In this document: one piece after another, positions 26,929-36,376 of the stretch
Layout: every line of letters begins with the position of its first letter
How positions within the stretch are numbered: position 1 is the first letter of the stretch
Source of the DNA: Acidimicrobiales bacterium
GTDB lineage: Bacteria; Actinomycetota; Acidimicrobiia; Acidimicrobiales; Aldehydirespiratoraceae
DNA: 64,000 nucleotides
Direction of reading: 5' to 3'
Assembly: GCA_965116865.1 (NCBI GenBank)
Contig: OZ220727.1
Span: forward strand, 173,333-237,332
Notes under the pieces: generated by a model
The model's database searches: none
What the model saw: the letters and a program-made list of their open reading frames with translations, nothing else
Told to the model about the DNA's origin: nothing
Translations under genes and position numbers: made by a program

Positions 26929-27315
26929 TCATGCTGACGGGTCCAGGGCGGACCGCACGGCTTTCTGAATTCGATCGGCCACCTCCTCCGCATCCTCGTG
27001 CTCCCAGAAGCGCAGCACCGTCCACCCTGTCCGCTGCAGATAAGCGGTGGTCTCCGTGTCGCGCTCGATGTTGCGGGCGATCTTGTCAGCCCAATACTGG
27101 GAGTTGGTGGCAGGTGGGATGTGGTGGTCGGGGCATCCGTGCCAGAAGCATCCGTCGACGAATACCGCTATGCGGGTCTTGCGCAGCACCAGGTCGGCGG
27201 TGCGGGCGAACTCCGGCTGAGGTCGCACCGACACTCGGAACCTGATGCCGCGCCGATGCACCGCAGAACGCACCTCCATCTCGGGCTTCGTGTCGCGGCT
27301 CCGGTTGCCCTGCAT
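26929..27315 (-). CDS. vsr: very short patch repair endonuclease
   Basis: 128 aa with RSRDTKPE...FVDGCFWHGCPDH...WTVLRFWEHE, the Vsr signature. Confidence 0.9.
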   Translation of the reverse strand: MQGNRSRDTKPEMEVRSAVHRRGIRFRVSVRPQPEFARTADLVLRKTRIAVFVDGCFWHGCPDHHIPPATNSQYWADKIARNIERDTETTAYLQRTGWTVLRFWEHEDAEEVADRIQKAVRSALDPSA

Positions 27316-28132
27316 CGACTTGCGGGTTGCCGGCGACGAAGCTCACGACTCGTTACCCGAGTCCGCTCCCACGACCGCACCGTAACGGCGGAGTGCCGTG
27401 GACGCCGAGGCAGCCTGACTTGCTTGTAACCGAGCCGATGCATGGGATCGACTCATCGTCGATGTGGGTGGCCGCGGAAGACACGCAGCGATGCGAAACG
27501 ATGTCGACGGAAGAGCTGAGCGCGAAGGGACCGGTCACAGGTTCGTGCTACTGCTCGGTGCCTGCATCGTCCTCGTCATCGGATTCTGTTTCGGGCCAGT
27601 TCACGCGGATGAACGTCCCATCGGAGTATCTGTCGTCATCGGCGGCATCGATGCCCTCGGGCAGTCCCTCAAGTATCTCTGACAGCTGGGGGCCGAGACT
27701 CGCATCTGGAGTCGAGGCCAGTTCGGTGATTCGCCGATGTAGTCCGATGGTGACATCAGTACCCGCCAGCTCGCGGATCCGGTATTCGCGCGACTCGTCC
27801 AGGTCGGCGTCGGTGCCGCCCACGAGCATCGCGAAGCGCTGGTACCAGGCGGACTCGAGCGCGTTCCAATCCGTCTCATAGAAGCGGAACAAGTAGCGCC
27901 GGTCTTCATCGTCGAGCGGATCCATGGAGAATTGGCATCCGTGGCATCTGTAGGGAGGTCCTGTCACATATTCTGCGGCGTCCAGCTGCACGGTCTGGCC
28001 AGCCGCTATGGGCGAGGTGACACAAAGAAACAAGCGAGTCGACGGCGGGAAGTGTGCCTCGCCTCTGCTGGTCACCTGCTGATAGCAGTGACGAACGAGC
28101 TTGGCGGGTTGGACGTGAGAGGGATTCGGCGC

Positions 28133-29293
28133 TAGTGGTCACGCGCGTGAGTTCTGTGGCTGTTGGTTTGGGTGGTAGGTCCATTTGAAGGGTTTGGCCC
28201 GGTTGTTGTAGTCGTCGATGTGGTCGAGGATGGCTCCGGCGAGGTCGCTGGTGTGGGCGAACTCGGCTGTGTCGAGGAGTTGTCGGGTGAGGATGGAGAA
28301 CCACATCTCGATCTGGTTGAGCCAGGATGCGTGGGTGGGGGTGCGGTGCAGGAACACGCGGTGGTGGCCGTCGAGGAACTCCTCGACGGCGGCGGTGCAG
28401 TGGGTGGCGGGGTTGTCGACGATGCAGCGCAGCTCGAGGTGGGCGGGCACCATGGAGTCCAGCTCGGCGAGGAACGCCACGAAGTTGTCCGAGCGGACCG
28501 AGTCTGTGGGCGCGGCGACGACTTCGCCGGTGGCGCACTCGAACGCGGCGAACAGTGCCTTGGTGCCGTGGCGGCGGTACTCGAACTCCTGTCGGGCGAC
28601 CCGCCCGGCGGCGGCGCCGTCGGCGGGCCGCGCCGGGCGGGTCGCGCCGACGCGGCTCTTGGCCTGTATGGCGGTCTTCTCGTCGACGCTGAACACCGCC
28701 CAGTTGTCCGGCGGGTCGAGGCACAGCCCGCAGACGTCGGCGGCCTCGGCGTCGAAGTCTGCGTCATGGGAGGTCATCCACGAGCGCGCCTGCTGCGGCT
28801 TGAGGCCCATCGAGGCGCAGATCCGCCACACCTGCGAGTCCGAGATCGCGATGGCGAGGTCCTCGCGCATGATCCGGCCGACCTCGGGCATCGACATGCG
28901 GGCCTTGAGCCGCCGCCCGCCGAGCTGGCCCGCCTCGGGGGGCCGCGTCGTGATCGTCTCGACCAAAGCCAGCCTCTCCGCGGGCCCATACACACGCGGC
29001 CGGCCCGAGCGCGGCCGGTCCGCGAGCCCGCCCAGGCCCACCTCGCCGTAGCGGCGCCGCCACACGTCCACCTGGTTGCGGTTCAGGCCCACCGCCTTGC
29101 CGATCACCGGAGACGACAGCCCCTCAGCGGCCATCAGCACCACCTTGGCACGCTGCCAATCCCGCCGCGGCGTCGTCGACGCAGCCACCCGCGCCTCCAG
29201 CACCGCCCGATCAGCCTCGCACACCTTCAAAGTCCTAGGAACAGTCATAACCCGACCCTAACACAGCCATACGACTACCGCGAGCATGCACTA
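28133..29293 (-). mobile_element. IS630-family IS, copy 1, with TA target duplication
   Basis: TA at 28133-28134 and 29292-29293 flanks a 1157-bp body starting GTGGTCACGCG and ending (rc) GTGCATGCTCG. Confidence 0.75.
28139..29248 (-). CDS. IS630-family transposase
   Basis: 369 aa with HTH region (RDWQRAKVVLMAAEG...GRPRVYGP) and DDE region. About 50% identity by eye to ORF 40508..41608. Confidence 0.85.
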   Translation of the reverse strand: MTVPRTLKVCEADRAVLEARVAASTTPRRDWQRAKVVLMAAEGLSSPVIGKAVGLNRNQVDVWRRRYGEVGLGGLADRPRSGRPRVYGPAERLALVETITTRPPEAGQLGGRRLKARMSMPEVGRIMREDLAIAISDSQVWRICASMGLKPQQARSWMTSHDADFDAEAADVCGLCLDPPDNWAVFSVDEKTAIQAKSRVGATRPARPADGAAAGRVARQEFEYRRHGTKALFAAFECATGEVVAAPTDSVRSDNFVAFLAELDSMVPAHLELRCIVDNPATHCTAAVEEFLDGHHRVFLHRTPTHASWLNQIEMWFSILTRQLLDTAEFAHTSDLAGAILDHIDDYNNRAKPFKWTYHPNQQPQNSRA

Positions 29294-29496
29294 GCTGCAT
29301 GGCGTCATCGCTGATGCCCTGCATCGCAGCTATCGCCTCATCAACCGTCTGCACGAGATGCGCCCTCACCTCTTCCGGGAGGTTCGTATCGGCGACCTGC
29401 TGACGCAGTTGCTCCAACCGAAAAAGCAACGTGCTGTTGTCGGCAGGCATCGGATCTGGCTGGGCTGTCATCGTGTCGCTTCCCGTGCAGGTGCCA

Positions 29497-30336
29497 TCAG
29501 TGTTGCGCTCTGCACTGGCGCGGTGCAGGTCTGTGCTCGCACCACGTGACCTCGCACTCACACACGACGTCATTCTCGTACTCCGCGCCGCAGTTGACGC
29601 ACCAGAATCTCGCGTTCTTGAAGCCGCCGAGGTAGCTGACGTATCCGAACCGTCCCCAACCACAAGAAGCGCACGCCTTCAGGCTGATTTCGTCGCCGCC
29701 TTCCGCGGGTGGTACTAGGCGACGGGCAACGGTGTCTACCGAGCGTCCAATCTTGTCCAGCTTCTGGCCGTGTCCCGAGACCGCCGAGGCGATCTTGCCG
29801 AGTGGAGTGGAAGCATCCTCGCTAGAGCCCCGGCGGACACCCGCTCCGCCGAAGGTGAGAGTTGACCTGTGCCTTCTGAACCCCCACGTGCTCTCGTGAG
29901 ACACTTCAAAGGTGGTGTTCTCCAGCGTGCTTACCATGTCTGGGCCGTACACAGAAACCGCCACGCTGTAGCGCTGACCTCTATCCATGTCACCGAAGTT
30001 CTCGACCGGCCCGAAGTCGCCAATGTCGTCCGCGGTCCCCAACAACTCCTTTACCGAGAGGGGCGGTTGGCACCGAACTTGCACCCGCTTGGCGGCTCGG
30101 TTCCCGGTGTTCTCCAAATCGAGATACGTGAGACCCCTCCTCATCCCGAGGTGGAGCGTCATGCGTGGTCTGCTGCGGTATGCCCAGAACCATGCGCCGC
30201 CGAGCGCCGCTAGCCCCTGAACGATGGCCTCGCTCCAGTCGGCCCCGATCCTGCGTACGAGCATCACAAGCAGCACCAGCGCGAGTGCTACTAGCACCCA
30301 GCCAGCTGTCCGCTTCGTCGTTCTCTTTCGGTCCAA
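29497..30336 (-). CDS. hypothetical membrane protein with a C-terminal Cys-rich (zinc-ribbon-like) domain
   Basis: 279 aa. Two N-terminal TM helices (WVLVALALVLLVMLV, GLAALGGAWFWAY). C-terminal CASCGW...CVNCG...CECEVTWC. The stop lies 25 nt upstream of the split gene's start. Confidence 0.65.
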   Translation of the reverse strand: MDRKRTTKRTAGWVLVALALVLLVMLVRRIGADWSEAIVQGLAALGGAWFWAYRSRPRMTLHLGMRRGLTYLDLENTGNRAAKRVQVRCQPPLSVKELLGTADDIGDFGPVENFGDMDRGQRYSVAVSVYGPDMVSTLENTTFEVSHESTWGFRRHRSTLTFGGAGVRRGSSEDASTPLGKIASAVSGHGQKLDKIGRSVDTVARRLVPPAEGGDEISLKACASCGWGRFGYVSYLGGFKNARFWCVNCGAEYENDVVCECEVTWCEHRPAPRQCRAQH

Positions 30337-30941
30337 GACACCCTCCGATGCTGTGTGCCTCTCTGTGGTCTGGACACTACGGGATGGGTACGACAGCTAC
30401 GGGGAACATCCGGGGATGCGGCTGGTGAACTTCCCCCGGTCGGGGCCGGAGGCGGTGGCTAACGTGCAGGAACCAGCCCATCAGCTAAGCGAGCACCCGT
30501 GTCCGACCCTCTTGGCCGCTCCGCACCCCGCCCGACCTTGGTCCACGCCCCCGCTCCCGGTGAAGGTCCACCCCTCTCGGCGGTGAACCCTCTCGCGGAG
30601 AGGCCACAACTCGGGAGGTCAGAGCAGGTCGCGAACACCCCACTCTGGTGGTTCATGGAGTTAGTAGCGCTCAGGTAAGGGAGTTAGCTCCGCCGTGAGC
30701 GCTTTAGGGTGTTTGGGGGCATTTAAAGTCGTGATTGCTGGTTCGTGACGCGCTGGTTCGGCGCGTGGGTGTCAACCGTTGCGTGTGGAGGGGTTGACGG
30801 ACGCGCCGAAGCTGACGGCCGACTTCACCGGGCCGTCAGCCTCAAGGACGGTGCTCAGACTGTCAGGGTGGTGCCCGTGGCGGCAGATCGGCCTTTGGGC
30901 TGTGGTGGGCGGCTGGGTGGCCGCCGTTGGAGGTGGTGTTG

Positions 30942-32346
30942 TCGAGGGCGGCAGCGTCCCACCGGGTGGTGGAAATTGAGGTAGCTGGGAGGGTCCACCT
31001 GTAGGGGGGCCATCGGCGTGATCCTCGGTGAGAAGACATCACCGACTCATCGAGGAGGACACACCGATGACCCTGTCTGATACTGCCACAGCGCAGCTGT
31101 TGGAGACCTTCCGCGCCTCAGGTGGCGCGGAGCTGATCCGTGAGGCGGTGGTGTTGGTGCTCCAGGAGCTGATCGAGGCCGAGGCGACCGCGGCGATCGG
31201 AGCGGGCCGCTATGAGCGCAGCGAGACCCGCACGACGGCGCGCAACGGGCACCGCGGCCGCCTGTTGGCCACCCAGGCGGGGGATCTGGAGCTGAAGATC
31301 CCCAAGCTGCGCAAGGGCAGCTTCATGCCGTCGGTGCTCGAGCCGCGCCGGCGCATCGACCGGGCGCTGTATGCGGTGATCATGGAGGCCTACGTCGCTG
31401 GGGTGTCCACCCGCTCGGTGGACGACCCGGTGGCCGCGCTGGGAGCGGAGTCGGGCATCTCCAAGTCGGAGGTGTCGCGGATCTGTGCGGGCCTCGACGA
31501 GGGCGTGGAGGCCTTCCGCAGCCGGCGCCTGGACCACATCGAGTTCCCCTACGTCTACTTGGACGCCACCTACCTCAATGTGCGCAACAGCGTCGCCCAG
31601 CCAGCGTCGATGGCGACGGTGGTGGCCACCGGGATCACCTCAGACGGCAATCGTGAGGTCCTGGGCTGTGACGTCGGCGACAGCGAGAGCGAAGCCTTCT
31701 GGCAGCAGTTCATGGGGTCTTTGCGCGACCGGGGCCTCACCGGGGCGCGCCTGGTGATCTCCGACGCTCACCGCGGGCTCGCCGCAGCCGCCGACCGCTG
31801 GTTCCAGGGCGCCGCCAGACAGCGTTGCCGGGTGCATTTCATCCGGAACCTGCTGGCGGTGGTGCCCCGCAGCCACCAGCACATGGCCGCCGCCTTGTTC
31901 CGCACGATCTTCGCTCAACCCGACACCGACGCCGTCACCGCCGCCTGGGACCAAGTCACCACCCAACTCGCCGCCAGCTTCCCCAAAGCGGGCCCGCTGA
32001 TGGACACAGCCAGAGCCGAGGTGCTGGCCTTCGCCGCGTTCCCCAAGGCCCACTGGCAAAAGATCCGGTCCACCAACCCCCTCGAACGCATCAACAAGGA
32101 GATCAAGAGACGATCACGCGTCGTGGGGATCTTCCCCAACGAGGCCTCCGCCATCCGATTGGTCGGAGCCATCCTCGCCGACCTCCACGACGAGTGGCAG
32201 GCCAGCGACCGGCGCTACCTCTCAGAGGACTCCATGAGCCTGCTCTACCCCGAGCGCGATAGTCTCGCCACAGCCGAACTCACAGCCGGCAACTAACCAC
32301 CGAGGCTCAACCCCAAAGTCCACCACGCCACGGGACGCCCCCTCGA
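30942..32346 (+). mobile_element. IS256-family IS (ends approximate)
   Basis: Imperfect IRs: TCGAGGGCGGCAGCGTCCCACCGGGTGGTGGAAATTGAGG (left) versus rc of the right end, TCGAGGGGGCGTCCCGTGGCGTGGTGGACTTTGGGG. Confidence 0.55.
31067..32296 (+). CDS. IS256-family (Mutator-type) transposase
   Basis: GAGGAGG lies 8 nt upstream of ATG 31067. Typical motifs ELKIPKLRKGSFMPSVLEPRRR and YLDATYLNVR. Confidence 0.9.
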   Translation: MTLSDTATAQLLETFRASGGAELIREAVVLVLQELIEAEATAAIGAGRYERSETRTTARNGHRGRLLATQAGDLELKIPKLRKGSFMPSVLEPRRRIDRALYAVIMEAYVAGVSTRSVDDPVAALGAESGISKSEVSRICAGLDEGVEAFRSRRLDHIEFPYVYLDATYLNVRNSVAQPASMATVVATGITSDGNREVLGCDVGDSESEAFWQQFMGSLRDRGLTGARLVISDAHRGLAAAADRWFQGAARQRCRVHFIRNLLAVVPRSHQHMAAALFRTIFAQPDTDAVTAAWDQVTTQLAASFPKAGPLMDTARAEVLAFAAFPKAHWQKIRSTNPLERINKEIKRRSRVVGIFPNEASAIRLVGAILADLHDEWQASDRRYLSEDSMSLLYPERDSLATAELTAGN

Positions 32347-32492
32347 GGGCGGGCAGGATGCAGAACAGTGGGCCCTTCGCGTAAACGTGGGATGAGGGGT
32401 TGCTGGCACCGGTGGGCTGGTCACGTTATCAGCAGGCCTCGGGCTTCGAAGTTGGCGGGGTTTGGGCTTCCCCCCGAATCTTGGAGTGTTGG

Positions 32493-33389
32493 TTAGGCGG
32501 CTTGGGTTTGTTCGTGGTCGAGGGGGCTGGTCATGTTGTTGGCGGAGTGTAGGCGTAGGGGGTTGTACCAGGTGTCGGTCCAGGCGGCGATGTCTCGCCG
32601 GGCGTGGTCGCGTGTCTGCCGGCGCCGCCGGGAGATGAGCTCGTGTTGCAGGGTGGAGAAGAACGACTCGGCCGCGGCGTTGTCCAGCGCGCAGCCGACG
32701 CGTCCCATCGACTGGTTGACCCCGAGGCGCCGGCAGGCTTCGGCGAAGTCTCCGGAGCTGTACTGGGCGCCCTTGTCGGTGCGGAGGATCACGCCGGCGA
32801 CGGAGCCGCCTCGGGTGGCGGCGGCCATGTTGAGCGCCGCGGCGGCGAGGCCGGCTGTGGGATGGCGCTCAGAGGTGGCGAAGCCCAGCATCCGGCGGCT
32901 GTAGAGGTCCTCGACGGTCGCGAGGAACACCGGTCCCTCGGCGGTGGGGATCTGCTTGAAGTCGCCGACCCGCTTCTGGTCGGGGGCCTCTGCGGTGAAG
33001 TCGCGCCTGAGCAGGTCGGGCACGGGATCGGCCGACTTGTCGGGCCGTGTCAGGCCCCGCCGGCGGCGCCGGGTGCGGGCCTGGAGCCCTTGGCGGGCCA
33101 TGGAGGCCTCCACCGTCTTCTTGGACACCGTGTGGCCGTCTCGGCGCAGCTGGGCGCGCGCCCGCGGCGAGCCGTAGGTCCCGCCGGACGCCTCGAAGCA
33201 GTCCTTGACCGCGGCATCAACGCGCTGTCGGCGCCTCCCGGCGAGCGAGGGTCCGCGGCTGCGGCGCTCATAGAAGCTGGACTCGGCCACCCCCAGGGCC
33301 CGGCAGGAGACCGCGTGAGGCACCCCGTGATCGGTCCTTTGGGCCGCGATGTGCTCGACCAGGCTCACCGCGTCGCCTCCCTGACCCAA
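32493..33389 (-). CDS. IS3-family transposase OrfB (integrase core)
   Basis: DDE/rve region (ILRTDKGAQYSS...LDNAAAESFFSTLQHE). Overlaps orfA by 25 nt in the -1 frame, as is usual for IS3. Confidence 0.85.
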   Translation of the reverse strand: MGQGGDAVSLVEHIAAQRTDHGVPHAVSCRALGVAESSFYERRSRGPSLAGRRRQRVDAAVKDCFEASGGTYGSPRARAQLRRDGHTVSKKTVEASMARQGLQARTRRRRRGLTRPDKSADPVPDLLRRDFTAEAPDQKRVGDFKQIPTAEGPVFLATVEDLYSRRMLGFATSERHPTAGLAAAALNMAAATRGGSVAGVILRTDKGAQYSSGDFAEACRRLGVNQSMGRVGCALDNAAAESFFSTLQHELISRRRRQTRDHARRDIAAWTDTWYNPLRLHSANNMTSPLDHEQTQAA

Positions 33390-33652
33390 AGGACCACCGA
33401 TCGTTTGAGCACATCACGCTCCATCCCCAACTCGTCGCAGCGGCGGCGCAGCCGCACCAACTCGGCACGCTCGTCGCCGTCGAGACGCTCGCCCGAGCGC
33501 TCGGCGCGGTCCTTGCGGACCCAGTTGCCCAACGTGCCCGCGCCGATCCCCAGCTCGCGGGCCACCTCAGCGACCGATCTGCGAGTCTCTTGGACGATCC
33601 GCACAGCACCGGCCTTGAACTCCGGGTCGTACTGTCTTCGTGTCTCAGGCAT
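33365..33652 (-). CDS. IS3-family transposase OrfA (HTH)
   Basis: 95 aa, YDPEFKAGAVRIV...VARELGIGAGTLGNWV. Confidence 0.85.
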   Translation of the reverse strand: MPETRRQYDPEFKAGAVRIVQETRRSVAEVARELGIGAGTLGNWVRKDRAERSGERLDGDERAELVRLRRRCDELGMERDVLKRSVVLWVREATR

Positions 33653-33693
33653 GGCGTCTCCTCTTAGCAGGCTGCTGAAAAAGTCGCTGCGGG

Positions 33694-34989
33694 GTGCTCG
33701 CGATCGTTGGTGGGGTGTGGGACGATGTCGTTATGCGTGGAACGGTGGATGCCCAGATGGCGATGTTGTCGACTGTGTCGGCGGAGGACTTGATCGGCGC
33801 TGATCATCCGATTCGGCGGATCAAAGCGGTGGTGGACGCGGTGCTCGGGGGCCTCGACGCCGAGCTGGCGGCGATGTGTCCGCCTCGGGGCCGTCCCAGC
33901 GTGCCGCCTGAGATGCTGTTGAAGGCGTCGGTGCTGATGGCGTTGTACTCGGTGCGCTCGGAGCGGGCGTTCTGTGAGCGCTTGAACTATGACATGTTGT
34001 TCAAGTGGTTCCTTGGGCTGCGCATCGACGAGCGCGGCTTCGACGCGTCGACGTTGTCGAAGAACCGGCAGCGGCTGTTGGACCATGAGATCGCGGACCG
34101 GTTCTTCGCCGCGGTGGTGGACGCGGCGAAGCTGCGCCGGTACTGCTCGAGCGAGCATTTCAGCGTGGACGGCACTCTGTTGGAGGCGTGGGCGTCGCAC
34201 AAGAGCTTCAAACCCAGAACCGGCGCCGCAGCCGGGGCCGCGTCGGCGCAGCCCCAGCCCCAGCAGCCCCAGCAGCCCCAGCTCCAGCAGTCACAGCCCC
34301 AGCAGCCCCAGCCCCAGAAGTCCCAGCAGTCGCAGCCCCAGCAGCCCCAGCAGCCCCAGCCCCAGAGGTCCCAGAAGTCCCAGCAGTCGCAGCGGCCGCG
34401 GCGGGCGGCGGGCGGCGGCCGCAACCCCGGGACGGACTGGCGCGGCGAGCGGCGCCGCAACGACACCCACGCTTCTGTGACCGATCCCGAGGCGAGGCTG
34501 TTCCGCAAGTCCGCGGGAACCGCCGCGACGCTGTGCTTCATGGGCCATCTGCTCACCGAGAACCGCAACGGGCTCATCGTCGACGCCGAGCTCACCACAG
34601 CCGACGGCCACGCGGAGCGCGGCACCGCCGCCGCGATGCTCAACAGAGCCCCGCCACGCGCCCGGCGCCGCACCGTCGGCGGCGACCGCGACTACGACAC
34701 CAGAGGCTTCGTCGCCGACGCCCGGGCCGCGGGATTCACGCCCCACGTCGCCCAGAACACCACCAGACGCCGATCCGCGATCGACGAGCGCACCACCCGC
34801 CACGCCGGATACGCCGCCTCCCAACAAGCCCGAAAACGCGTCGAGGAGCCCTTCGGACGGATCAAAACCATCGCCGGAGGACGCAAACTCCGCCACAAAG
34901 GACAACAACGCAACCGGGCCTGGTTCCTCATCACCGCCGCCAGCTACAACCTGGTGCGCATAGCCCGACTCGACACGCCCACCCCCTGA
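33694..34989 (+). CDS. IS5-family transposase (DUF772 N-terminal domain plus DDE) carrying an internal Q/P repeat
   Basis: HPIRRIK...RPSVPPEMLLKASVLMALYSVRSERAFCERLNYDMLFKWFLGL is typical. DDE C-terminus ...EEPFGRIK...YNLVRIARL. Confidence 0.85.
   Translation: MLAIVGGVWDDVVMRGTVDAQMAMLSTVSAEDLIGADHPIRRIKAVVDAVLGGLDAELAAMCPPRGRPSVPPEMLLKASVLMALYSVRSERAFCERLNYDMLFKWFLGLRIDERGFDASTLSKNRQRLLDHEIADRFFAAVVDAAKLRRYCSSEHFSVDGTLLEAWASHKSFKPRTGAAAGAASAQPQPQQPQQPQLQQSQPQQPQPQKSQQSQPQQPQQPQPQRSQKSQQSQRPRRAAGGGRNPGTDWRGERRRNDTHASVTDPEARLFRKSAGTAATLCFMGHLLTENRNGLIVDAELTTADGHAERGTAAAMLNRAPPRARRRTVGGDRDYDTRGFVADARAAGFTPHVAQNTTRRRSAIDERTTRHAGYAASQQARKRVEEPFGRIKTIAGGRKLRHKGQQRNRAWFLITAASYNLVRIARLDTPTP
34249..34392 (+). 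repeat. imperfect CAGCCC/CAGCAG microsatellite, in frame in the IS5 transposase
   Basis: Encodes QPQPQQPQQPQLQQSQPQQPQPQKSQQSQPQQPQQPQPQRSQKSQQSQ. Confidence 0.85.
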
Positions 34990-35215
34990 ACCGGCCCCGA
35001 ACCGCCGCCCAGAACGCCCACCCCGAACCGGCGCCGCCAGCCCCGACCCCCGACAACACACCCGAGCCAAGCCCCACAACCCCGCCCCCAACACACAACA
35101 CCCCAGACCAAAGCACCACAACACCCCCAACCAGACCCCAAACACAGCCCAACCGCCCTGAACTCCCAAATTTCAGCATCCTGTTAGACGATGCCTCCAA
35201 GATCAGGGGGGATGC

Positions 35216-36376
35216 TCAGTTGGTGAAGCCGTGTGCGGTGCGCCGCAGTACTTGGAGCAGGTTGTTGGTGCCCTCGATGCGTCCGTTGGAGGCCCGGTCG
35301 GTGTGGTGCCAGGCCAAGATCTCCTGGGACCAGGCGATGATGGTGTCGACGATGTTGTGGAACTCGGGCAGCTGTCCGGTTTCGTAGAGGTCGCAGAACC
35401 GCCCGAGCGTTTCGAGGGCGCCGTGGTGGTCGTCTGCGAGGTAGAGGCCGTGGAGTTCCTGTAGGGCCTGCCGGCCGGCTTTGAGGCGGGGGTGGGCGCC
35501 CAGGAGGGCGTCGAGGCGGGCCCGGTCTGTGTCATTGAGCTGGTCGTCTCTGCGCATCAGCAAGAACCGGGCACCGAACACCTCGGGATCGAAGGCCGGG
35601 GTGACGCCGTGGGGCTCGCGGCGCTGGATGTCTCGGCGCACCGCGGTGAGCCCCGCCGCGAACCACCCGATGACATGGAAGCGGTCAAGCACATGGCGCG
35701 CGCCCCGCAGGCAGGCCTCCACCGACGCCTTGTAGGCGCGGGAGCCGTCGGTGACGACGACCTTGACTCCTCTGCGCCACTTGTGTGGCTGTTGCATCAA
35801 GAACGCTGTGAGCGCAGCACTGCTGCGGTGCTCGACCATCGCCAGGGCGCCGCCGGTGTCGCCGTTGACGATCACCGTCACATAGCGGTGGCGCTTGCGC
35901 ATCGAGGTCTCATCGACCAACAGTACCCGCCAGCGCCGGGTGCGGCGATGCTCCGTGACGAGCCCCGCCCAGGCCCTCACCAGCGCCATCACCAGATGCC
36001 ACCCCAGCGCGTGGCGGCGCGCCACCGCCGCCACCGTCATCACCTCGGCGTCGCTGACCAGCCGCCGGGCCAGACGCCGTGCCACACAACCGCCGAACTC
36101 GGGGTGGTCCTCGAGCCAGCGGTGCTCGCAGCCCCCGCAGCAGAACCGTCGCCGGCGCCACACCAGCGTCATGCGGCGCCCCGACACCCCAAGGTCGCGA
36201 ATGTCGCGTCGGCGGGTGCCATGCACCCGTGCGCAACGGAACCCGCACGCCGGGCACCGCGGCCGCCTCACAGCCGACTCGACCTCCACAACCAGCTCGC
36301 TCGGCGTGTCGACCTGCACTCTCAGCACGCGTGCCTCACGCAGGTGCAGCCGCACCCGCACAACATCAGAAGCCAT
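35216..36376 (-). pseudogene. ISL3-B transposase, C-terminal end severed by the IS3 insertion
   Basis: 386-aa ORF (MASDVVRVRLHLREARVLRVQVDTPSELVVEVES...CPACGF...) ends at ...AHGFTN inside the IS3 end. The remaining codons lie at 32371-32462. Confidence 0.8.

Larger units (their letters stand above)
27548..29471 (-). pseudogene. hypothetical acidic protein (reconstructed 254 aa) split by an IS630 insertion
   Basis: The N-terminal part (29471-29294, MTAQPDPM...DDAMQ) joins in frame through one TA to the C-terminal part (28132-27548, ...APNPSHVQPAKLVRHCYQQVTSRGEAHF...). ORF 27548..28075 is the tail of this frame. Confidence 0.7.
33668..35183 (+). mobile_element. IS5-family IS with 4-bp TTAG target duplication, inserted just upstream of IS3 orfA
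   Basis: IRs CAGGCTGCTGAAA / rc CAGGATGCTGAAA. TTAG at 33664-33667 and 35184-35187. Confidence 0.8.
32463..35218 (-). mobile_element. IS3-family IS with 3-bp GTT target duplication
   Basis: Ends TGGGCTTCCCCCCGAATCTTGGAG... and (rc) TGAGCATCCCCCCTGATCTTGGAG.... GTT at 32460-32462 and 35219-35221, present once in uninterrupted ISL3-B copies (GGCGGGGTTGGTGAAGCC). Confidence 0.85.

Noticed and set aside
34188-35387. 399-aa plus-strand ORF running through the C-rich IS5 tail and IS3/ISL3-B ends
   Set aside because: It crosses three mobile-element boundaries, is Pro/Arg/Thr low complexity, and is an alternate frame of the IS5 transposase.
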